Positions 54,290 to 64,000 of a stretch of 64,000 nucleotides of DNA are shown here, in pieces. Where the stretch lies: NCBI GenBank assembly GCA_023213395.1, contig CM041465.1, positions 106,957,741-107,021,740 on the forward strand, in the 5' to 3' direction. The DNA is from Cycas panzhihuaensis (taxonomy: Eukaryota; Plantae; Cycadophyta). The position numbers were made by a program, and so were the translations under genes. The stretch's first letter is position 1. Each line of letters begins with the position of its first letter. A model generated the notes under the pieces. That model saw nothing but the letters and a program-made list of their open reading frames with translations, made no database searches and was not told where the DNA came from.

Positions 54290-57200
54290 TAGCCTCGCCA
54301 TCCGAATCAAAATCACTCATGGCGGCTAAGTAACCGTAACCACCTACACCAATAGGGGCAAACCTAACTTGGTTTGGCTCATGACGCAGCATAGGGCTCG
54401 TGATGAAGGTCGGTCTCACAAACAAAGGTCCCACGGAGGGGTAACCTCCTCGGGATCACTATCTTCATCATCGAAAATAACTGGCAGTGGATGAGAGGTG
54501 TGAGACGGCATTGGCTCACGGGCGACAACTTTAACTTGTCCTTCATGGACAAATTTAAGTTGCCCCTTGAGTGGAGCAGGCCCCCATCCTGGTCGAGCCA
54601 TGGTCGCCCAACAAGAGGTTGTACTCTACATCGACATCGAGTACGGCAACCGGCGAAGCGGTTTTCCTCCTAAGGTGAGGATAGGGAGATCGCCCCGGAG
54701 GGACTTCTCGCCCCATCATACCCTTGGCATTTCCAAGGGATGACTCAAGAGCTACTATGCCTAGCTCCTTGAGCATACGCCTGAGCATAAGCGTTAACGG
54801 AAGAGCCATTATCTACAATGGTCCTCTTTACGATACAATCGGAGTATCAATGGTAATGACGAGCGGGTAATGCAAAGCTTCTCCCGCGGGAGATGGGAGA
54901 TCTCTAGGATCAAATGAGATGACGGTGGCCCATGGGAGGTAGCACCTATCGCATGGATGGAAGCGTCTTGTTGGCCAAGAGCTTCAAGAAGAAGAGCACG
55001 TTGCTCAGGGCAGCTTCTCAAGACGTCCATCAAGGACATTCCCGGCTGACGGTATAGAGCTCGTCAACGATAGAAAAGGGCTTACCCTTCCCTGTGGGTT
55101 GGGTAAGGGCTCTCCTAAAGTCGAATCTACCGGGTCGGACGGGAATAGTCTTGGGAAGCGCAGGAATCTCCGGAGGAACGGCTTCCGGAGGAGGATCAAG
55201 GTGAGATGTGGATGAAGAGGCACCAGCTGCCTCTTTAGCGACTGGGGCCGGGTTAAGGCATATAGCGGAGTGGTCTCAAGCAATTGGACAACCTTCTTTC
55301 CCTTGTAGCGGAATCTGAAGGTGATGGAGCCACGGCCGTCGGGAGGGCCTTGAAGGTGTAGGTGACCTTTCGCACACCCTTCCCTCTACCATGCGAAGGG
55401 CGGTCGGGAGACTTGTCCGGTTCGTTGTTTCTTTGTTGAACATCACGACCACGTTCCCCATGTTTGGGGAGCGGGTCTCTATAAATTTGATCGAGATTAG
55501 GCCTCGGCCTTCGCACAGGGGCGAGTCGCGTGGGTCTTGTGCCCCGCAGCGCGCATCGTCATGGAAACACTCCCGTGGATGGAACACCACCTCTTCTCAA
55601 GGGAGGATCGATCCTCCTTGCTTGAGAAGGCGGGTGTTGCCCCTTTGGGGGTATCGCCTGAGAAGTCTGCTGAACAGGTCTATGGGAGGTAGGCGATGAA
55701 GGAGGTTGGAGTTTTAGCTCCTTCATCGTTCGCTCAAATGAGCGAATAGCGGAGGTGAGGGGATCTATGGTCCTCACAGTCGGATGAGAGGTGGACCTAG
55801 CGGGCTGCGAAGGTGTGGTCTCCTTCGCTGGAGGAGGCGCCTCGCGACGCTGCGAGGGCCTAGGAGGTTTCTTGAGTCTGCACGGATCTCAATAGCCTCC
55901 AAAGCTAAACACCTCGAGATGGCGAGTCACATGTGGTTGCCCCATCTTGAGGACTTCCACATGCACTTGGCGAGTGCATTGACAAAGATCCTCTTCAACT
56001 CCTCAGGCAAAGTGGCCTTGGTGGAGTGAAGGAGGTCGTGAAAGCGTCGCACAAAGTCACGGTTCATCTCATCGTGGCCTTGTTTGGCGACAAAGCGCCT
56101 TCATTCCGCTCTCGAATGGGCGCGCTACGTCAAAATAGTTGACGAACTCGTCCACTAAATTTCTTTGGAATGAGGAGATCGAATGGGTAGGAAGGCGGTA
56201 GAACCACTTGAGGGTGTCGCCCTGCAAGGATCGCGGGAAGAGCTTCATCAAGATGTGGTCGTGGGCCCAATAGTCAATGCGCCATGGAAAAGGCTGCGCA
56301 CATGCTCGGTTGGGTCTGCGACGAAGTCCCATCAAATTTGGGGACTTGAGGAGGGTGAGGCGGCAAGTTAGTCCTCAGCGCCTCAGCAGACGGGCGTCGA
56401 CCTATAGTCCACGAAAGGGCGTGTCCTTGCACAGGCTAAAGGATCGACTCTTGTCGAAAGAGCGGATGGGGTGTCGGTCCCATCCCTCCTTGAGAAACAC
56501 CCCTTGTGGGAAGGGGTGCGGGTAGATGTTACGGAAAGGAGGCGCGCTCCCTTGTCTTGTGTGGCCGGAGTCGCTACGTCGGAAGCAGGGGTGAGGGGCC
56601 GGGTTTTGCCCATATGGGCCACCGTGGGTGGCGCGACCCCATATGGGTGCAGCAGGTCCACTCCATGAGCAGGAGGTGGTTTCCCTTGCCACCCCCAAGG
56701 TTGTGGCGTGTAGCACAGGGGCACGTAAAGAAGGACCACCTGGGTTACGGACATACGTGGGAGTGGGTCCTACATGGTGGCGGCGGCGCTAGCGAGCCTC
56801 GAGGCCTACTAGGGAGCAGCGTGCGCCACGTTCGGCGGTGGCGCGTGCGTTTGGTTTGAGCAAGGCATACTAACCCGAGTTGAGGAAAGATGCGGCTGTG
56901 AGTCCAGGAAGTGGGACCACGACTAGGAGCAAGCGCAACACTCGCCTTAGGAGGCCGGGGTAGACACGGCATGGGGCGTGTGTGCGGCGGGCGGACGTAT
57001 CAGCCGTCGTAGATGGCGTGGGCATGGATGAGGAAGGCGCCACGTTGCGTAGCATCTCCGTTAACCATCTAGGAGGCGGTTGGCGTGACGCTCGAAAGTA
57101 CTGCCAGCGCCTCGGCCGCGTCGGCGGGAGGGTATCCTCATAGCCATACGGTCGAAGGGACTTGAAAGTAGGGGACCCCTCGGGCTCCTCGTAAGGCTCG

Positions 57201-57400
57201 CCCGGTGGGGTGGCGGGTCTCACAGTGGCCGGATCTTCCATTGCATGAGTGGAAGGCTCAAAATCTTCTGGTGGAAATGATCATCAGGGTAATAGGTGGA
57301 ATCCTCGCCCTCACGGGTGGATTAGGAGCAGACGAAGGGAACTCATGAGTTCCGAAGTCATGGCAGGGTAGGCCCAAGCAGACGGGTAGGCTTCCAGGGC
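54290..57400 (-). pseudogene. gag-protease of copy C (many frameshifts)
   Basis: IDYWAHDHILMKLFPRSLQGDTLKWFYRLP, MSLMDVLRSCPEQRALLLEALG, EYNLLLG, RFAPIGVGGYGYL. Confidence 0.85.
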
Positions 57401-57661
57401 CGAAACGGGGGACGGCGATGGAATGAAACGCGACGATTGGGCGCCTAACAACGGCGGCAAACCCGCATGCCCAAGCGTCGCATGCAACGCCTTCGCGAGC
57501 GTTGTTAGGAAAAGCGGAAAGGAAAAGGAAGGAAAGCACTGCAAACCCGTTGGGGGTTGCCCAACTCAAAACACAAAATGCGAGCCTACCTAAAGGCAAG
57601 AGCACCAACACGAAGGGAAGCGGATCTAGCTCCCTCTTGGCGGTCCCAGTATGGTCGCCAG

Positions 57662-60199
57662 TGAAACGCTCTCCACGGGGCAATGATCCAACGCCTAGCG
57701 GGAAGGACACAACACCACAGGGCTAATAGGCTAAAGAACGAGGATCATACCTCGCGGGACGTCCGTCTTGTGGGCGCCGGATGCAGGCTGCAAGGTGCTG
57801 GTTGCTTCCGAGTAGCGGCGTGCGAGACCCTCCTACCCTTCGGATGGCCGGGAAGGGGAAAAGGAAACTCGCACGCCGCTACTTCTCAAGGCAATGAGAA
57901 AGCGGCAAAGGGGGGCAACCAACCAAACGTGTCACGGGTAAAATATATGCAAGAGCGGCTAAGGAGGGATCGGTCAAAGGATCTCAAATACCATAATACG
58001 CGGGGTATAGCAAAGAAATGTACAAGTAAAGTAAATGCAGAGTAAAAGGCAAGTACAAAATAAATAGTTATTTCTTCCCTTTTTCTTATGTTCTTTAACT
58101 ACTAAAGCAAGTGTAAAGGAACGTAAGAGCACGAAAAAAGAGTATGGAAGGTGAGCGGAGAATACCTGGATCCGGCGGTTGGGCTGAGACGCAGTGTCGA
58201 AGTCCGGTTGCGCTTCCTCCGTCGTCCTTCTCGTATCGGCGTCGGTAAGCGGTGATGGGGATCACTTACCTCCCGAAAGCAAATAAACACTAACTAAAGC
58301 TGAAGCGATAGAAAATAAAGCACAAAGCGACAAAAACAAAAGGGAGACCGTACCAAACAAGCGTCGGCCCAAGTGATGGGTCGACCCTATCGCGCCTTTG
58401 TTTGAGCGCTCCTATGCAAATAAGCGAGAATACCTTCCTCTCGAGAGAGAGGCTACGAGATACAAAGGTATGTATATATGTGCATAAGCAAAATAAACTA
58501 AGCTAGGAAGATACGGTCAGGCACTAACATGCAATGAAAGGAAACGAAGTCACACGACACATATGCAATCGACATACACCACCAACGCACCAAGCGGGAT
58601 GAGTGTAGCCTCGGGATGGCTAACTCACCCACGAGAGGTCTCCACGGGATATAAGGGAAGCGATGCTAGCATGTAACAGACGGGTCGTGTAGCGGATAGC
58701 CTATACCAAGGCGGGTATTCAAACCGGCTCTCCAAAGCTTCTCTAGCCCCGTTTCCTAAGCAAAAGCGGGAGATAAAGGGGGAGAGGATAAGGGACGGAA
58801 CCCTTGGGGAGTGGGACGACACTGGGGGACGGAACCCCGCCTATCTCCCTCTAACCCTCGTGTAACCCTTTATCTTATTGCCCAAGAAATGGCGAAAGAG
58901 AAGGGTTGGAGGAAAAGGATGGGTTTAGGGGGCAAGTGAGAAACTAGGCCTAGCCTAGGGCAACACTCAATGGGCCACAACCGCTACGGTTATTTGCATC
59001 AAATGATCAAGGGAAACTCAAGGAAATACATGCACAAAGAGAGGAAAAGATTTGCAAGTAAGCAATGAAGAAATAAGCAAAAAAAAACACTCGACAAGGG
59101 ACACCAAATACCTCCAATGATGAGAAATGAGAGCATGTAGGTCCTTGGAAGCTTGGTGCGTGGTCCAACCAATGCCTATGAGGTGTTGTTGCATGTCCCT
59201 TGCAAGAGAATAAGGTAGTGGAACCTCATGCAAGTCAAAAGCTTGGGAATGGCTCATGCGATGGTCTTTCTTGGTGAAAAATCCTCTTGAAAGCCTTGAG
59301 AATGTATGAAGAGGAAGAGTGCTTAGAGCAGACTCCGTGAGGGGGCAGAATGGCCCTGCAACTCCGGAATAAGCGACCCTTTGTACCTCTGATCCACACC
59401 TGTAGGAGGATGTCCCTTATCACTCTTTTTCTTCTTTTTCTCTTTTTGAAGAAAATGCTCTAGGAAAGTTGAAAAGTGAGGTGAATAATGAAGCAAATGA
59501 ATGAAAAAATGGTTTTTATGTCTTGAGTGAAGCAGGTGAACGTCGGGGGCCCTCGCGCCTCCAACAGATTAGAGCCACCTTGGCGATTCATGAAAAATCG
59601 CGGGCAGCATCGGCGTGTTTTTTTTTAAATTTTAAGCGATTCGTCTGCGATAAACTTAGCGATGCGCTAAGTTTATCATGATGCCTTGATGCCGCTGGAA
59701 CTCCGATGCAAGCTTAATTTACTGCAGATGCAGAAACCCAAAAAAGAAAATTAAAGTAAGAAATCGGTCTTTAAGGTAAAATCATAAGTTAAACTCAAAA
59801 TACATTAGTCAAGAGCGGTTTGGTCATGGGCATGTGCTCCAATCTGCAAAAGACCTAACTAAGGGTTAAACCGAGGCTTAGAAAGGGTTTGCAACATAAG
59901 CGGCCTTGGTAACACGCATGAACAGTACGAAAGGATCCCGAAAGACCATGGAGGCGTCGTGGGTGGTTGTACGCCATACGGGGTGTCGCATTCGCTGATG
60001 AATGCCCCCGCTGTGAGTCGTCATAGGCTAAAAGGTGCCGTTAGGCACCTGCATAATGAACAAACAATCAAGCAGTGCATATGGGCGGGCACATGTCAAT
60101 CAAGCCATTCCCATTCTTGCAGCGATCATGAGTAAGCAAAGTAAAGGCATATACACACTGACACTTTGTCGACGCGTGCAAGTCCATTCGATGGCGAAA
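57662..60199 (-). repeat. 5' LTR of copy C
   Basis: Ends ...GTTTCA immediately before the PBS on the minus strand. Confidence 0.9.
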
Positions 60200-63100
60200 G
60201 CGCTTGACTCCCAGCGGTTGGGCGCGAGGGCCCCAGCGTTCACTTGCTTCACTCAAGACATAAAACCATTTTTATTCATTTGCTTCATTATTCACCTCAC
60301 TTTTCAACTTTCCTAGAGCATTTTCTTCACAAAGAGACAAAAAGCAACGGTGATAAGAGACATCTTTCTACGGTGTGGGGACGAGGCACCAAGGGCTGCT
60401 ATTCTTTGGAGATACAGGGCCATTCACGCCCCTCACAGACTCCAATACAAGCATTCCTCCTCTTCACACACATTGAAAGCTTCCAAGAGGATTTTGCACC
60501 AAGAAAACCATTGCAAGAAACCATTTCCATCTCATTTTCTTGCATGAGGCTCCACCATCTCACTCTCTTGCAAGGGACATGCTACATTCCTTCATAGGCA
60601 TCTCTTGGACCGCTGCTCCAAGTTGCCAAGTGCCTACATGCACTCCTTCTTCACCATTAGAGGTATTTGGTGTCATTTCTTTGGTGTTTTTGCTTGCTTT
60701 TTTGTATTATTTTACTTGCAACTCTTTGCTTCCTTTTGTATATGTATTCTCTTGGCTTCCCCTTAGCCATTTGATGCAAGGAACCATAGTATTTGTGGCC
60801 TATTAGAGTGTTACCCAAGGATAGGCTTAGTTTCCCATTTTTCTTCCACTCATCCTTCTTCTCCCATCCTTCTCTTTCGCCATTTCTTGGGCAAGAGGCA
60901 TAAAGGGTTACACGAGGGTTTGAGGGAGATAGGCGGGGTTCCCCCCCATTGCCGTCCTTCTCCCCAAGGGTTCCGTCCCTTATCCTCTCTCCCTTTATCT
61001 CCCGCTTTTGCTTAAGAAATAGGGCTAGAGAGGCTTTGGAGAATCGGTTGAGTGCTTACTTTGGCTTATGCTACCCGTTGCTCCATGATCCTTCTTGTTG
61101 CATGCTAGCATCGTTTCCCTTACATTCTGTGGAGACCTCTCGTGGGTGAGTTAGCCATCCCGAGGCTATACTCAACCCCATTCGGGGTGCGTTTGTGGTG
61201 TATGACCCTGGCATGCCTGTCATATGACGTTGTTTCTTTTATTGCATGATAGTGCTTAACTATGTCCTTTTAGCTTAGTTTGCTTTACTTGCAACATATA
61301 TACATATATCTTTTGTATCTCGTAGCCCCTCTTTCGAGAGGAAGGTATTACCTTATTTGCTTGCAGGAGCGTTCGAACAAAGGCGCATAGGTCGACCATT
61401 CTTGGGTCGACGCTTGTTTGGTACGTTCTCCCTTTTGTTTATGTCGCTTTGAGCTTTATTTTCTATCGTTTCAGTTTAGTTAGTGTTTATTTGCTTTGGG
61501 AGGTAAGTGATCCCCATCACCGCTTGCAACCGACGCCATCACGAGGAGGACGGCGGAGGAAGCGCAACCGTGACGGACACTGCGTCTCGGCCAACCAGGA
61601 TCCGGTATTCTCCGCTCACCTTCCATACTTTTTTTCGTGCTCTTACGTTTCTTTACACTTGCTTTAGTAGTTAAAGAACATAAGAAAAAGGGGAAGAAAT
61701 AACTATTTATTTTGTACTTGCTTTTTACTCTGCATTTGCTTTACTTGTACCTTTCTTTGCTATACCCCGCGTATTATAGTATTTGAGATCCTTTGACCGA
61801 TCCCTCCTTAGCCGCTCTTGCATATATCTTACCTGCGACACGTTTGGTTGGTTACCCCTTCGCCGCTTTCTCATTGCCTTGAGAAGTAGCGGCGAGTTTC
61901 CTTTTCCCTTCCGGCCATCCAGAAGGGTAGGAGGGTCTCGCCTTGCGGCTACAGGAAGCAACCGGGCACCTTGCGATCCGTGCACTCCGGCGCCGCAGGC
62001 GTCCGCGGTATGATCCTCGTTCTTTAGCCTATTAGCCACGTGGTTTTGTGTCCTTCGTGGCGTTGGATCATTGCCCGTGGAGAGCATTTCATGGCGACCA
62101 TCTTGGGGCTGCCAAGAAGGGAGCTAGATCCGCTTCCCGCCGTGTTGGTGCTCTTGCCTTTAGGTAGGCTCGCATTTTGTGTTTTGAGTTGGGCAACCCC
62201 AGCGGGTTTGCGGTCTTTCCTTCCTTTTCCTTTCCGCTTTTCTAACAACGCTCGCGGGCGTTGCATGCGACGTTCTCGCGCCTTGCGGGGTTTGCCTTTG
62301 TTAGAAGACCAATCGTCGCGTTTCATTCCATCGTCGAGCCCCGTTCAATGGAAGGTTACCGTCCGATTGGGCCTACCATGCCATGACTTCGAACTCATGA
62401 GTTCCCTTCGTCTGATAGGAATCCACCCGTGAGGCGAGGATTCCATCTATTACCCTGATGACCATTTCCACCCCGAAGATTTTGAGCCTTCCACTCATGC
62501 AGCGGAAGATCCGGCTACTCGTGAGACCCGCCACCTCACTGGCGAGCCTTACGAGGAGCGCCCTGAGGGGTCCCCTACCTCAAGTCCCTTCGACCTCGTA
62601 TGGCTATGAGGATACCCCTCCCGCCGACGCGGTCGGGCGCTGGCAGTACTGAGCGATTCGCCAACCGCCTCCTAGATGGTTAGCGGAGATGCTACATAGC
62701 GTGGCGTCTTCCTCATCCATGCCCACGTCATCTCGACGATTGATCGTCGCCCGCGCACACCGTCCTATCGTGTCTACCCCGGCTCCTAAGGCGGTGTTGC
62801 GTTTCTGCTCCTAGTCGTGGTCCCACTTCCTGGACGCCAGGCGCATCTTTCCCTCAACTCGGTTAGTATGCCTTGCTCAAACCAAGCGCCGTGCCACTTT
62901 GAACGTGGCGCACGCGTTCCCTAGTAGGCCTCGAGGCCTGGCTAGCGCCCGACCATGTAGGACCCACTCCTACGTATGTCCGAACCGGTTGGTGGTCCTT
63001 CTCTACGTGCCCCCAGGGCTACACGTCACAACCTTGGCGGGCGAGGAAACCACCTCCCTCATGGAGTGGACCTGCACCCATATGGGGTCGCGCCACCTAC

Positions 63101-64000
63101 GGTGGCCCATATGGGCAAAACCCGGTCCCTCACCCCATTTCCGGCGTCCGTAGCGACTCCTGGCTGCGCCCGGCCTGAGGGGAGCGCGCCCTTTCCAACA
63201 TCTACCCGCAGACCCCCTTCCCACAAGGGGTGTTTTCTCAGGAGGATGGGGCCGACACCCGTCAGGTGCCTTTGGCGGTTGTCGATCCTTTAGCGAGCAA
63301 GGACACGTCCTTTCGTGGACTATAGGTCGACGCCCGTCCGTCGAGGCGCTAAGGACTAACTTGCCGCCTCATCCTCCTGAAGTCCCCAAATTTGACGGGA
63401 CTTCGTCGCCAGACCCAACCGACCACGTCTTGCGACTTTTCCATGGCGTGCATTGACTATTGGGCCTACGACCACATCTTGATGAAGCTCTTCCGCGATC
63501 CTTGCGGCGGCGCCCTCAAGTGGTTCTATCGCCTTCACCGCCCATTCGATTTCCTCATTCCGGCTAGTGGGCGAGTTAAGTCAACTACTTTGGCGTGGCG
63601 TCCATTCGGCGGAATGAAGGCGCTCGCTCAAACAAGGTCACGATGAGATGAATCGTGACTTTGTGCGACGTTTTCACGATCTTCTTCATTCCACCAAGGC
63701 CACATTGCCTGAGGAGTTGAAGAGGATCTCTTTGTCAATACGCCATGCCAAGTGCATGTGGAAGAATCCTCAAGATGGGGGCAACCACGTGTGACTACGC
63801 CATCTCGGTGTTTAGCTTTGGAGGCTATTGAGATCCAGCGGTCTCGAAACCTCCCAAGCCCTGCAACGTCGCGGGCGCCTCCTCCGGTGAAGGAGACCAC
63901 ACCTTCAGCGGCCGCTGGTCCACCTCTCATCCGTGAGAGGACCCTAGATCAGCTTACCTCGCCATTCGCTCATTCGGCATACGATGAGGAGTTAAAACTC

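Larger units (their letters stand above)
50235..60199 (-). mobile_element. Tat/Ogre-like family copy C: two-LTR non-autonomous element nested in the LTR of copy D
   Basis: Direct LTRs of about 2.5 kb (50235-52743, 57662-60199); PBS 57643-57660; gag-protease only. Outer termini eroded and TSD not readable. Confidence 0.9.
49596..64000 (+). mobile_element. Tat/Ogre-like family copy D; 5' LTR split (49596-50234 + ~60200-62091) by nested copy C; gag runs off the window
   Basis: LTR starts TGTTTCCCG. The sequence stopping at 50234 resumes near 60215 as in the intact LTRs. PBS at 62092; gag motifs FSMACIDYWAYDHILMKLF. Confidence 0.88.

Noticed and set aside
50112-62432. Recurrent ORFs in the LTRs (e.g. 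YMQERLRRDRSKDLKY) as a conserved gene
   Set aside because: They recur only because the LTR is present three times; frames are inconsistent and no domain is recognisable.
50235-64000. Dense frameshifts in copies C and D as evidence of old age or programmed frameshifting
   Set aside because: The many 1-2-bp indels despite high LTR similarity look like long-read consensus errors; this cannot be interpreted without reads.

Overview
Plant nuclear DNA; the protein style suggests a gymnosperm, but that is inference. The window holds one intact host gene, a Cf/EIX-type LRR receptor-like protein (23633-26798, two coding exons), embedded in nested and mostly decayed LTR retrotransposons: a chromovirus pol, Ty1/copia remnants and a short gag-protease-only element present both intact and as a solo LTR inside a tandem duplication. 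It also holds four copies (A-D) of one Tat/Ogre-like Ty3/gypsy family. In the copies that extend far enough (B, C) there is no RT, RNase H or integrase core; A and D are cut off earlier. Copy B fuses the post-protease region in frame to the integrase GPF tail and carries an antisense plant-mobile-domain (PMD) gene with its own TATA box and intron. Copy C sits in inverted orientation inside the 5' LTR of copy D. The best candidate for an undescribed element is an RNA structure just downstream of pol in this family. It is single in copy B and tandemly amplified four times in copy C, and its substitutions keep base pairing only on the element's sense strand. Coordinates of degenerate features are approximate, and the 50-64 kb region may contain consensus indel errors.
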